Source of the DNA: Owenia fusiformis
Lineage: Eukaryota
Direction of reading: 5' to 3'
Assembly: GCA_903813345.2 (NCBI GenBank)
Contig: CAIIXF020000001.1
Location: 36,084,001 to 36,148,000 of the forward strand
Length of the DNA: 64,000 bases
Positions 1 through 12,959 of this stretch are shown in pieces (within the stretch, counting starts at the first letter, position 1; every line of letters starts with the position of its first letter). The notes beneath the pieces were generated by a model, which was not told the DNA's origin, did no database searches, and saw nothing but the letters and a program-made list of their open reading frames with translations. A program made the translations under genes and the position numbers.

Positions 1-471
1 TGTTATTGTTTGAAGCCTCTGCATGAATGTATGTAGGAAGAATGTGTGATAAATGTTGCTTTTGTAGCTTTCCTATATCAAAAATAGGGCAGGATGCTTC
101 TTATGACCACGGGTGGTGGTTACAGAAACTAGGTAACGCAGAGGTAAATTCTAAGCGATGTTTATTTATTTAGAGATTTGCAATCAGGCCAGCTATCTTG
201 CTCACTTCAGCTTTCAGATAGAAACTTCACATCAGGGAGTAAGAAATAACAGAATTCTTTTTAGAATTAAAGTTTTAGCATTTCCATTGCTATTATGCTT
301 TTGAAGAAATATATTGATGTAAATATGGGGAGATTCTATTTAATTGTTTCAATGAAGGTTCATTTTTTATGGAAATAGTTTGTCAGGTATGAATAAATCA
401 TGGTTTCAATGTTCTTTTGATCACAAATAGTTTATTAAGTATTTAGTTTATAATAGTCAAGATTCTGTTTA

Positions 472-967
472 TGGCCTAGTCACATAGCCCGGCCGATGAG
501 GTTCCGATGAGCCAGCGATGCAATTTTCACCGAACTCGGCCGAACACCGGCCGGACACCGGCCGGACATCCGTGGTGTTTGTTGCTTAAAACCGCATCGG
601 TGGCAGCTCGGTGAAATTTTAACTTCGGAGTTAAATTTCACCGGGCTCTCACCAAGCTCCCTCATCGCAGCCCCATTGTAACCACATCAGAACACACGTC
701 GGCCGGTGCACGGCCGAGTATCGGTCGGTGTCCCGTGCATCTGAGACAACCAGAGGACGAGGTTTTTTTAACGGACACCGGCCGAGCTCCGACCGAGCTC
801 CGGCCGATGTGGGACAGAGCCTTGGAAAGTATAGTACCTGAAGATGTCCGGACGGAGTCCGTTCACGTCACCGAGCTCTGTTTCCGATGAGGAGAGCTCG
901 GTGGCACCAAAAAAATCCACCGAGCTCTACCGATGCCGGACATCGGCCGGGCTATGTGACTAGGCCA
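472..967. mobile_element. PIF/Harbinger-type MITE, copy 1 (496 bp, GC/CpG-rich)
   Basis: Perfect TIR TGGCCTAGTCACATAGCCCGGCCGATG at both ends. 3-bp TSD TTA (469-471 / 968-970). A TWA TSD is characteristic of PIF/Harbinger. Second copy at 2782-3277. Confidence 0.9.
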
Positions 968-1251
968 TTAATCCCTATGCAAAACTCAGTTATTTTATCT
1001 CTAGATAAAAAGAATAATGTTATGCTACAAGACACTCATGGAACGTAAATATTTATGTCCAGATTGATCTGTGTGAAATTGATTGTCACAATTGTATTTC
1101 CACTGTCTTAGTTTGATTGACGCAGAGATTTACATTGTAAGAGTAATCGTTATCCAGCCTAGGCAAAATTATAAAGATTTTCTTTTTGTTTGGAATAACA
1201 ATGTCTAATACACTCGACTGTTTCTATACCTAATTACATACATTTTGGTCT

Positions 1252-1325
1252 CAAATGACCATATCAATAGAAATGACCATAAGAATTGAAATGACCATAA
1301 AAATGGAAATGACCATAAAAATGGA
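1252..1325. repeat. 18-bp minisatellite, about 4 copies (GAAATGACCATAAAAATG)
   Basis: AAATGACCATA recurs four times at 18-bp spacing. Confidence 0.85.
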
Positions 1326-1652
1326 CAGGTGGACTGTATTCTTGTTTTTGTAATTCTGTTTTGTGCTGCAATCATGAATCAATGACATCATTATGTATTC
1401 CATGAATAAGGTGATAATAAGCTTATGTGAAGTGATACTTTGAGCAGTTTTGATGATTTTTTAGTGAAGATCTTGAATTTACCTGATTTTGAGGTTGATA
1501 AGCAAAGGGCGGTTTTATCAATTCATTTTAAGTCCGTTAATAGACTTGTATTATAATTACAATACCGCATATTGGTAATTTTAGAGAAATCAAAATCCGA
1601 GAAAAAAGCATTTTACAGGAAAATCAAAACATAATTCTTTTTGGCCTGGCCT

Positions 1653-2077
1653 GAAAGTATCGCAACAGATTTTGGCTATTTTCTGAGGATTTAAACAGGT
1701 GCATATGTTAGATCAATGCATTACCTCCAGGGAAAGCACTCATAGAGATGATAAATGATTTCGACTTTGAGACAGGGAAGATGCAAATAACCCACCCACA
1801 TGTTTATTCTGAAATGTTGTTATGATTTTCAACCCCTTCCACCCCTACTTTTTAATTTTTGTTGCATTAATATATTGCATTTTGACACACAGTAGACCCC
1901 TTTAAAGGAATAAGTGATTCTTTTGGGGGTTTTAAAGATATCCATTATGGGTGTCCAAAATTAGCTGAAAGCAATGGATCGTATGAGTTTTCCATATAGG
2001 AAAATAACATGGGAAATATTGTTTTTCACTTTATCACTTCAACATATGACTGTCCGAAATCTGCGATACTTTCCCTC
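1653..2077. mobile_element. Degraded MITE-like remnant, family unassigned
   Basis: 12-bp inverted repeat GAAAGTATCGCA (1653-1664) / TGCGATACTTTC (2062-2073), extending imperfectly inward. No TSD found. Confidence 0.3.
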
Positions 2078-2781
2078 CTCCTTTGATGATCATTTCTGAA
2101 AGAAAGGATGTATGTTGAGCCTTTGAACTTAGATGCATATCAGCATTAGGCTCTGCTCTACTGATGATTGTTGTCTGATATAGTAGCTCAGAACAAGCTC
2201 TCATTTACATGGGTCTACTTACCTCTTGACTAACTCAAAAATGACTTTGAAACTCTAAGTGACGAAAAAATCTGTCACAAAATTGTTCACTAAAATTGCT
2301 CTTATTCGAACAATTTTCATCCAATTTACACAAAAATTGTTTTGAAATATGTAGACATGATCTCTGCCGTCTAATTTTACTAAGTTGAGCATCTAAAGTT
2401 GTAAAGGTATGTAGTAAAATGTCAAAAGGTGGCAAAAATGAAAAATTCTTGGGTTTCAACCAATTTTAGAGCCTGGAATTCAAGAGGTTAATAGCCAGCC
2501 GTGTTTTCTTGTGTCTGTGCTCTCGACTACATGCATAAAGTACATTTATAAAACAAAGATCATGTGTCTGATATATTTTGACATTTTCATATCCTCTTAT
2601 ATATCTTAACTGCAATATTTACTGTTGCAAATCTGTTCTTATGCTTATGTTGCATATCATTCACATTTTTCATTCAGGCATCATTGAGATATGATTTCAT
2701 AAACATCTGCAATTCAAGATATGATATCATTAAAATCTGAAATTATACAGCATTATTTTTCAACAGTTTTTCAGATCCTAA

Positions 2782-3277
2782 TGGCCTAGTCACATAGCCC
2801 GGCCGATGAGGTTCCGATGAGCCAGCGATGCAATTTTCACCGAACTCGGCCGAACACCGGCCGGACACCGGCCGGACATCCGTGGCGTTTGTTGCTTAAA
2901 ACCGCATCGGTGGCAGCTCGGTGAAATTTTAACTTCGGAGTTAAATTTCACCGGGCTCTCACCGAGCTCCCTCATCGCAGCCCCATCGTAACCACATCAG
3001 AACACACGTCGGCCGGTGAACGGCCGAGTATCGGTCGGTGTCCCGTGCATCTGAGACAACCAGAGGACGAGGTTTTTTTAACGGACACCGGCCGAGCTCC
3101 GACCGAGCTCCGGCCGATGTGGGACAGAGCCTTGGAAAGTATAGTACCTGAAGATGTCCGGACGGAGTCCGTTCACGTCACCGAGCTCTGCTTCCGATGA
3201 GGAGAGCTCGGTGGCACCAAAAAAATCCACCGAGCTCTACCGATGCCGGACATCGGCCGGGCTATGTGACTAGGCCA
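2782..3277. mobile_element. PIF/Harbinger-type MITE, copy 2 (496 bp)
   Basis: Same TIR as 472-967. TSD TAA (2779-2781 / 3278-3280). Five substitutions relative to copy 1. Flanks differ, so this is an independent insertion. Confidence 0.9.
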
Positions 3278-3623
3278 TAACATACTAAAAGCATGGTTAA
3301 GATAATTCAGTATTTTAATAAATGAGTCTGATATCATTTATTTGGAGGTTACCTAGGAAACATAAGTTTACTAATATCTGTCAGTTAGAATTGATCAAAT
3401 GATTGATTGATCCAATCATTGGTTTGTTCATTGGCCAAGGGCGCTTACTTAACCCCTGGCATATAAATTCTGAATATATGAATATTGGCTTTCATGACCC
3501 ATATTCTAATTCAGCAAGGCCAGTAAATTATTATTTTCCTGACTGCTCTGTACTTTATAGTTTTCATCATCAAACTTCTCAATACTGTACATGTCATAAG
3601 TGCAACAGACAGATGTTGTACCT

Positions 3624-4207
3624 GCCATATATGTTACATTGTGCCAGATTTGCAATCACATGTTGCATTTTGTCAATATGTAGTCGCATGGTATATGCGA
3701 GGCTTATGTTATAGGATGTTTTAGATATCGGGTATATCCTGAGGGAAATATGGATATTTTACTGAGGCAGGTCTGAGGTAAGATATCATATTTACCGAGG
3801 GATATACCCCATATTCAAAACCGAGAACTAATTTATCCTATGGCAAGTGAGGCTTTACAATTGAATTTTTGAGGACACCCATAGCTATAGCATGATATTC
3901 TAACAAATTGACTGTTTCTATACTGAACTAAAACAATTTTCCAGGAATATAAGAGCGTGATATATATAGCAGGAGATATATATACGTCCCGCTCCTCCAA
4001 GATATCATTTCTTTATCCTGCTGGACCTGAAACCCGACTGCTATTTACCTGAAACCTCACTTGTCATAGGATAATATGCCATATTTGCAGTCAAATGTTG
4101 CATTATGCCAATATGTAGTCACATAGTACATTTTGCCAGATTTGCAGTCACATGTTACATTGTGCCAAATTTGCCAGATTGGCCGTCAAATGTTGCATTC
4201 TGCCAGT
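3624..4207. repeat. Degenerate ~29-bp minisatellite (TGCCAGATTTGCAGTCACATGTTACATTG) split by the element at ~3706-4074
   Basis: Units visible at 3624-3694 and again at 4075-4207. Confidence 0.7.
3706..4074 (-). mobile_element. TSD-less palindrome-plus-inverted-repeat element (Crypton-like by inference)
   Basis: Imperfect ~100-bp palindrome at 3718-3821, then inverted repeat TTATCCTATGGCAAGTGAGG (3833-3852) / CCTCACTTGTCATAGGATAA (4055-4074), 1 mismatch. Interrupts a minisatellite. Confidence 0.6.
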
Positions 4208-4801
4208 TTAGCATCTAAGAATGGACTATAATGGTAGAAGCTCCATCTAAATCTAATGCCCTGAAAAATGGCAGTTAAGTGATGCAGTAGCCCGTTTCTC
4301 CAAAGAATTAGTGAACTATCCCTATAATAATTAATCCTCTTTAGAATATTGGAATGATTTCGCAATGAGATATAGTTGAAAATTAAATATTGTGTTCTTT
4401 ATTTTTGAAAACTAGTTTCCAGAATATATCATATTCCTAAATAGACATGCATCAAATCCAACATATGAGTACAGTTACCCATCATAACTTGCATTCACGT
4501 CATGTACCTTTATAACAAAATTGTTATTTTCTTACACTTTTATATCATATTAGAGATATTAAATAATATGCTCATAAAGAAAGATGCATTGTGGTGCAGT
4601 TTGAATTGAAAGACATGAACATTGCCATTGGAAATATAGAAAACCCAATCTGACTTGGAGTATTGAAAGCTGGGCACTTCATAAATAATATCAATGTTTC
4701 TAATACAACTCAAGATGCTCTGATTTATAGTTCATTTCTTTTGATTTCTCAACATAAATATGATTATTGGTCAGGTCTACCTATGTGATATATTTATTTA
4801 G

Positions 4802-4841
4802 GAAGCATCCAAGCAGATCTCAATTCAACTGTTAATTTGGA
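4802..4841 (+). other. Candidate short exon (40 nt)
   Basis: tatttatttag acceptor and gtaagt donor. Splice signals only. Confidence 0.25.
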
Positions 4842-7209
4842 GTAAGTGTCTAGAGAATACCGCTGTTACAAACAATATGAGTTTTAGAAAAAATGGTATA
4901 CATTTACTCCGAGTATAACCTATTTTCTCAATCCTAGGTATAAAATGAGATCAATAATTTCATATTCACTCCCTGAAATGTTTGAGATCTAGATTATTTC
5001 CGTAGTGATGTCATAAATCTAGTTCAGCTTTCTAAAATGAGAATGAACACAGAAATCATTTTCTCAGAGATAAAAAGTTGGTTGATATTATTATTAGTGT
5101 CTCAATTTATATAAACATTGGAAGGATTTGGGGTTCAGGATTTCTATTATTAAATATATAGTACTATTAGAATCTATTGTATTTTAGGTTAGAGATTTAA
5201 ACAGGAAAGAAATATTACTATTATACATGTAAACCCAAATCTTGTATAACCATTTTGCTAGATTTGATGTATAACACTTGAACATGAGATTACTTATTAA
5301 TACAAGATTTGATCAGCTGTAGTGTCTGTTAAATAATACAATCATGTATTAAAAGCATCTATATTTAGGAAAATACCTTTTTGAATTAGTGGGTGGTACC
5401 ATTCAGCTTTCTGTTTCTAACCACATTTAATAGCAGACACATAATCTGTCTATCATTTTATTCTATTATAGACACCATATGTGTGAGTTTTTAATTTGCT
5501 AAGATGCGATATTCAATTAACCTGAACTGGCAATGTTTTGCATAACAATGAAAAATGGAGCAACGTTTCATTCAAACAAGACTTCTCTATGGTTGGAATA
5601 TAATTTGTTCAACGTTTCAACGATAATATAAATTTATGTCAATCAAGCACAAAAATGATTGATCGGATATTTTCATTCAAGTCCAATTGTAGTAATTTTT
5701 TTCTATTAGATATCATCTTATCTTTTCTATCTATCTGAGGTATATGAGTGGTGGTGGTTGGTGGGGGTTCTGAAGACATAATGGAGGAATATCTCTCCAT
5801 GGAGTAGACCACCAGATACTTAACTCCATTCCTTCTTTTTTATGATCTCTTTAACTTCAAGGCAAATTGAAATATAATTCTTAGAATGTGTTCTCTAATG
5901 TTTTAGGATAAGGATATCCATAATGGGTGATAATAAGTACATTAGCACAAAAATTATGATGTATATTATCTCTGGAATAAACCCTGGGAATTTTATAATG
6001 CTCTCAGAGAGCAATTTGAACAATCTCAATTGTTTGCTATAAAAGCAGTTGGTCCAATTTTGAATATAAATTTTCATTTCTGATAGTTATCCCATTGTTT
6101 TTGTGAAGTGATGATAAGCAACATATTATAAATTGGCAAAGGCTTGAAGTTATTGCAGTTACTAATGTGCTATTATAAAAATGAGGAAAAATATATGAGA
6201 TGCTAGGTTTTATAATAAATGGTACAGGATATTTCATAAATTTGCTGCTCACTTGATATCTTTTCATGGATCTTCATTTCGCTAAACCATGATTACTGAC
6301 CAAAATAGTAGCCAGTATTTTAAGAATACAATGAATATTATGCATATTCCTCATTATTTTATTTATTTGTGGTCAGTCTGAATTAGACTTCAAAATTTCA
6401 AAATGTGAACTAGATTATTTATAGACTCATTTTTCACATCATGATATACAAGTAAATTGAACAAGTGATATATTATAGTCTAAGGTCAATTCTGTCCTCT
6501 CACTCTTAAATAACACATTTGGTTGAGTTCTCTGTCATTATCACTCAACCTAGAGCAGTGGACCGTTGGATGTAAGCAAAGATGACATGACCTGTAGGGG
6601 ATGAATAAGACATTGGATTGGGGTTTGTCATGCAAGTTATCAGCCATACATTCAGGGTATATAGCCTCGTAATTAGCAGATGAAGTTCTCTTTTATAAAA
6701 GCAGAATCAAACTATTAGAAAGAGGATACATGGGTTAAGCTCTATCTAACATTAACGGTTTGCCACATTAACTTCTGTTTCGATAAGCATGTGAGGTATT
6801 ATCAAATATGTGATTATTATTTTGATTAATCATTGGATATGGAAAGATTTTCTATATTATATCTTATCTTATAATCAGAATTGGCCTTTTATATTCTCAT
6901 GAGATGTTCGAATATAAGCATTGCTGGAATTTCAATTTACAAAGTGTCCTTGAGGTTTGTCCCAATTGAATTACAATAACCATAGTCTATTATTGTAATG
7001 TTCTCTATACATATTAAGAACAAATCCCTAGCTACAGATGTGCATTCCTTTGAATCATTACAACTTACAATTTATTTTTTTTATATAACATGGAATTTGC
7101 TTGAAAAATTTCTGTTTTGAACAGGTTGGTGTTTAAATTGATAATAAATCAAATAGTGGGAATATATATTTCCACTTTTTGTGAATTTTATTTGAATCAA
7201 ATTTATGCC

Positions 7210-7403
7210 ATTTGGGATTCAAATGATTCTGATTTAGACGAATAAGATCAGTAGAATGGGAATCATACAAATGGGATCAGACAATTGGGATTTGAATGGT
7301 TGGAATTTGGACGAATGGTACCAGACAGTTTAGATTAGAACGAATGGTATTCGGATGATTTGGATTCGGACCATTTGAGAATAGGTTCGGACCAGTGGAA
7401 TTC
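7210..7403. repeat. Degenerate ~15-bp repeat tract (GGATTCGGACCA-like), probable old transposon subterminal repeats
   Basis: Recurrent tgg(g)att / ttcggac / gaatgg motifs. Confidence 0.4.
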
Positions 7404-7793
7404 AATTTACATGTGAGATAACTCACATGTTGGATGTTCCTCAACCCCTGTAAATAGAACTCCTCTAATTGAATATACCTTACCAGTGACCACTGATGCA
7501 AATCAATTGAAGAGATGTCAGAGGGTAATATTGCTGACCAATGGGGATTCATTATGTACAAGTATTACAAGTCCCGCTGACTCACCTTCAAAATCCATGT
7601 AATTACGCATTCATAATGCTTTGGTATCTTTACTCTTAGGACTTGGTCACTATTACATTGAGTCATTTGAATTTCCATAGGGAGATTTTCTTATTAAATA
7701 TGCTCAGACAGGTCATTTGTTGAGGTAATCGCATTGTTCACAGATGCCAGACATAAATCTTCTCAAGTTTTTCAAGTGTTTTTGCTATTTTAT

Positions 7794-8557
7794 TAGTTCA
7801 CATGATGAGCTTTTGCAATCATTCACTTGTCCGTCTGTCTGTCCGTCTGTCAATCAACAATAGTGGCACGTTTTAAAACCTCTGTCGATAGGATTCCCGT
7901 TTTAAGTTATTTTTGTGCAACATCAATACAGAAAACTACCCTATGACTCCTGGTTCAAAAGCTCACCTATTTTCTAGATGGCTGCCATTTTTGTCTCGCG
8001 AAATTCATTTTTGACCCATTTCCTAGCTTTACAAATAATTTCAGGTGTCCTGCATTGTAAAAATCCATGTCAATGTGAAGAGTAGTTGTATTAAATAATT
8101 TTGTTACAAAAAATCAGCAAAAAATTAAATCCGTTTTTGTTTTTGTTTTTTTCAGCCATGTATTTTAGTTAACATTGATTTGTCCATCTGTCTTGCGAAA
8201 TCCACTTTTGGACCATTTGCCTTAAAACCTCTATCGATAGGATTCTCGTTTTAAGTTATTTTTGTTCGACATCAATACAAAAAACTCCCCTATGACTCCT
8301 GATTCAAAAGCTCACCTATTTTCAAAATGGTCGCATTTTTGTCTCGCGAAATTCACTTTTGGCCGGCTCAGCTTAACAAATAATTTCAGGTGGCTTGCAT
8401 TATAAAAACCCATGTCTTTGTAAAGAATAGTTGTATGAAATAATTTTGTTACAAAAAATTGGCAAAAAATTAAATCAGTTTTTTTTTATTTGTTGTCATT
8501 TTAGTCATCATTTACTTTTGAGGAACACCATGTGAGTCCAGTACCCAAGGTACTATT
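7794..8557 (+). mobile_element. Helentron-associated non-autonomous element (HINE) with two ~340-bp internal repeat units
   Basis: T-rich start, subTIR GTTCACATGA, (GTCC/GTCT)n microsatellite, tandem core, 3' subTIR CCATGTGAG, hairpin AGTACC-caa-GGTACT, then T-rich end. Same family as 50070-52250. Confidence 0.85.
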
Positions 8558-10248
8558 TATTCCTATATTACATGACATTCAACAGATTCACCATATCAAA
8601 ATATCTTGCACAGAATATCTTTTGCAAGAGCTGGACCATATCTGCCCTCTTTTTTAGTGACTGATGTCTGACATTCACAACTGTTAAATCTTTTCATCTG
8701 TAATATAGTCAGAGGATAATGTGACAAGCCAGTATGGTATCAGGGTATTGATTTATTTCGAATCAATTCCTACAAATTCTCTAGGTACAATTTGTGATTA
8801 ACATACAAAAATTTTGTATATTCATCCCAGGTATAATCAATGCCATATTATTCAGTAGGTTCTTGCTTTCCAATTCCAGGCCTAATTATTCTCGCTATTG
8901 CAATAAGTGTAAATATTTTCAAGTACTTCCAATATTTGCACTTTCCTTAACCTTGTCACTATGAAATGTTATATTCTTGAATTAAGGCTTCCGATTTGAT
9001 CAAAGAGAATATGATAACTTAATGAGGAATGGTTGGATGATCTGAAAACATCAGGGTCGAGGGTCCAGATCAAAGCTAGAATTGGAAGTAAAGAGTTTAA
9101 CAAAATTACAAGCAACATCTTTATTTGCAATGTGTTCTATCTTCCAATTCTTAAATCTTCAAAAAGATCCAGGATTATTATCAAATGGTAAAGTACATGT
9201 AATTAAAGTACAATGGGTGTACTTTATGTAATTATTGACCTAACCAGAAGTTGAATGTTCAAATTATATACATGCACAGTGTACTTACATTATAAACATA
9301 AGCAAAATAAAGATATTGGGAAAAACAAAATGATGACAAATCAAATGGTCAACATTCAAAACACAAAAACTATTCAAATCCCTATAAACCATAATATCAC
9401 CAGATAAATATGATATAGAATAAATACACAAATTATGTATAAATGTTTGTTTGTAGAAAGTCCATAACTTATTCTGATAGAATGATAAATTTCACAAGTA
9501 ATAAATTATACATTCATTATCATTCAGCTATATTGGGCAATTGCTCTATTTGCAATGATTAATAATTAAAAAACAATTAATTTATATTTGTATTTAGGAG
9601 AAGGAAACAATTCTATTCAGCAGGATGAATGGTTTTGTTAAATTCAGTATTATGTTTTCATGAATAAAGAAAGCTTAAGCGATCAGTTGAGTTTCATTGC
9701 AAGAGGTTATTCAAAAAGAACAAATAATTGTCATTATGATATCATTTTTACTAATCAAATCAATTAAAGCACATTCTTTATCGTCACTAAATATTTTATA
9801 ATATTGTATAATGCATTTGTTTTATGAATCATAATTCAAATATTCCAAGTGTGTCTCAGCCAATCAGCTTGGAGTATTTCAGTGCATTAATTCAAGGTTT
9901 ATGGTCAGCTGAGCAGAAACATTATTTCACAGTGCATTATGGTTTCATAATGAACTGAGCAGTGCTAGTATTGGTAAAAGAGTCATGTTATCCTTGTGCA
10001 TTATGGTTTCATAAAGAACTGGACAATGTCATTTTTGTTGTTTATAAAGGAGTGATAGTATAATTGCAATAAAGAACTTGTATCATTCTTTAATGGATTT
10101 AAAAGCATCCATGCATGTACTAACCCATCCTGATGATATATTCATTCAAGTACTGTATTAGAACATGCACTCATGCTTTTGAATTTTTAATAAAGAATGA
10201 TACGGGATTCTTTATTTCTTAATTAAAGAGCTTTCTTGTGAGTAAAGC

Positions 10249-10417
10249 TCCTTATATGAACTGAAATAGCATAATAGATATGATATGGATATGAAAGTAA
10301 ATTTTGGATAATTTCACAACTTCAGATGAACTTTACTCATTCATCTTCTCTTGAGCTGCAAAATATATGTTGCAATAATAAAGTATATTTCATTCAGTAA
10401 ATGGAGAAAGTTCATCT
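10249..10417 (+). repeat. 169-bp segment duplicated at 11839-12006
   Basis: Direct repeat, three differences by eye. Confidence 0.9.
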
Positions 10418-11744
10418 CCTTATGTTCTTTCAATGAGGGGGTTAGTGTTACTGTAACCTTTTTATAGGAATATATATATACAATAAAAATCTAGTCTAAA
10501 TTATTGTGCCATATATTCAACTCTAAGTCAGACTAACTTGCTTGTTCATTATATATAAACGCGCAAAGTCTAGTGTGTTAAAAGCACCACTTCAAATATT
10601 ATTTTTGATTGTGTTTTAAATCATGGTAACTTAAATTCCTTAATATTACATGCCATTATCAAGGTAAAAAGTCTCAGTGGTGTCACAGTGAAAACTGCCT
10701 TTAAAAATGCTTTTACTTTTGGATTTTGCAACTATACTAGTATATGATTGTATGCCTTTGTTAAACTTCCATATATAGTAAAATATATAGTTTGACCATT
10801 CAGGTCTGAAATAACATTGCATTTTGTCTTTTCACATTCTAGTCCCAACAAGCATGACATATTGTCGCATTGTATTGCTGGGTCATAATGAATTAGAGGG
10901 AAGAGTAACAAGTTGATGGAGTATGGGGACCATGAATGATTTTATTTTAGTTGTTAGTGTCCTTTTTGGACTTACAAAACAATTCTACATCCCTCTATTC
11001 GGTTGACAAAAAATGGTATCTTCAAAATAAGGCAAAAGTAAGAGATAGTACTGATGGTATAATTCCCTAATATGGACCTATATAAATATATACATGAGCA
11101 CCAATATTGCCATAGATTTTGATGCTCATAATTTAGTTCAAATATCAGTTTTCCGAAAGTATACCTTCATTTTTCGATATTAATATACATAATAATATTC
11201 ATAGGTTAATGTTCCTCATGCATGGGGAGTTGGGTTATTATTGTTCACAGGAGATCAGCTAATGAAACCATCACCTGTTGCACCTTATTATAACATCAAG
11301 TATTATATCAGAGTCTGAATTCATATGCTCAAGTATTCCCTATGTCAGGTTGTTATAGATATTATTACATGAAAGATTGAAGGCTTCTGTCAGTTCCTTT
11401 ATAAGAAAATCAGAAAATGTGAATGAACCAGCTAAAGATATTCATATTGAGTATTTTTTTTTTTAAATCAAACATGATAAAAATACATTTTGCAAGATGG
11501 CAAGCTCAGCTACTTTCACACCATCTCCATTCATTCAGACATCCGTAAAAGCTTTGGTGCATATAAAAACACGGATGTTTTAAAATCAAATGATAACATC
11601 ACAGGGGAATGGTCTAATGGTCTATTCTCCATTTACCCTGTTTATCCTTTATGATTATAATTTGTTCATAATTGGGTGATAAAAATAAGAGACTCAGTTG
11701 TTATGGTATCTATTTTTGCGTTTGGCATTCAGCATTCAGCGTCT

Positions 11745-12573
11745 GTGACAAATGACATGTTGTGACATTTTGCATGTTGATGCCTTGTTGAAATTGTGTT
11801 TGATAGGTGAGGTGATTTGGTGCAAGAAGACATATATATCCTTATATGAACTGAAATAGCATAATAGATATGTATGGATATGAAGGTAAATTTTGGATAA
11901 TTTCACAACTTCAGATGAACTTTACTCATTCATCTTCTCTTGAGCTGCATAATATATGTTGCAATAATAAAGTATATTTCATTCAGTAAATGGAGAAAGT
12001 TCATCTATATGTCCTTCTGTAACCCTCATCCCTTCATACACTAAATACCTCCAAACCTCCTTGGGATTGTAGAGAGGGGAATAGAGGCTTGACAGGGGCT
12101 AGAAATAACTCCAGGAGAGCTTATATATCATTAGAGTGACAAATGGCATGTTGTGACATTTTGCATGTTAATGCCTTGTTGAAATTGTGTTTGATAGGTG
12201 AGGTGATTTGATGCAAGAAGTCATATATGTCCTTCTGTAACCCTTATCCCTTCATACACTAAATACCTCCACACCTCCTTGGGATTGTAGAGAGGGGAAT
12301 AGAGGCTTGACAGGGGCTAGAAATAACTCCAGGAGAGCTTATATATCATTAGAGTGACAAATGGCATGTTGTGACATTTTGCATGTTAATGCCTTGTTGA
12401 AATTGTGTTTGATAGGTGAGGTGATTTGATGCAAGAAGTCATATATGTCCTTCTGTAACCCTTATCCCTTCATACACTAAATACCTCCACACCTCCTTTG
12501 GATTGTAGAGAGGGGAATAGAGGCTTGACAGGGGCTAGAAATAGCTCCAGGAGAGCTTATATATCATTAGAGT
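11745..12573 (+). repeat. 218-bp tandem repeat x3; each unit starts with a HINE 3' terminus; unit 1 is interrupted by a 168-bp insert
   Basis: GTGACAAATG recurs at 11745, 12136 and 12354. Units 2 and 3 are nearly identical. Confidence 0.9.
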
Positions 12574-12759
12574 CGACACCAATAATCAAAGACACAAGAT
12601 CAAGCAATATTAGAAGTGATAAAAAATATTAATCAAAATGAAATATCAATTTTCATGATTGATTATCTTATAAATATACTATGTCTCAAATCCTCATGAA
12701 AATCTCCATCTGCAAGCACTTGGCCTGGGTTTTGGCCAGGCCAATTTTGGCACACAGCA

Positions 12760-12959
12760 CAGTTATCTCCCCAGGATTTTTTCTCAGGTGGGTGCAAAAT
12801 TCTCATTTTCACAATTCAGACCAAAATTTGTCAAAAAGAATTTCATGACTTTTCTCATTTTCAAGTGGGTGCAAATGGATTTTCAGATGGGTGGAAGCCT
12901 ATTTTCAAAGTCTCAGGTGGGTGCTGCACCCACTTGCTTTAATGCTGGGGAGATCACTG
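12760..12959. mobile_element. hAT-like MITE (200 bp)
   Basis: 15-bp TIR CAGT(T/G)ATCTCCCCAG. Possible 5-bp TSD CAGCA/CATCA (1 mismatch). Internal CAGGTGGGTGC repeats. Confidence 0.7.

Noticed and set aside
2219..2491. piggyBac-like MITE (CCTCTTGA...TCAAGAGG-TTAA)
   Set aside because: Only an 8-bp inverted repeat, and the left flank is not TTAA.
480..2975. Identical 61-aa ORFs at 480-665 and 2790-2975
   Set aside because: They lie inside the two copies of a GC-rich MITE. No transposase or other recognisable motif.
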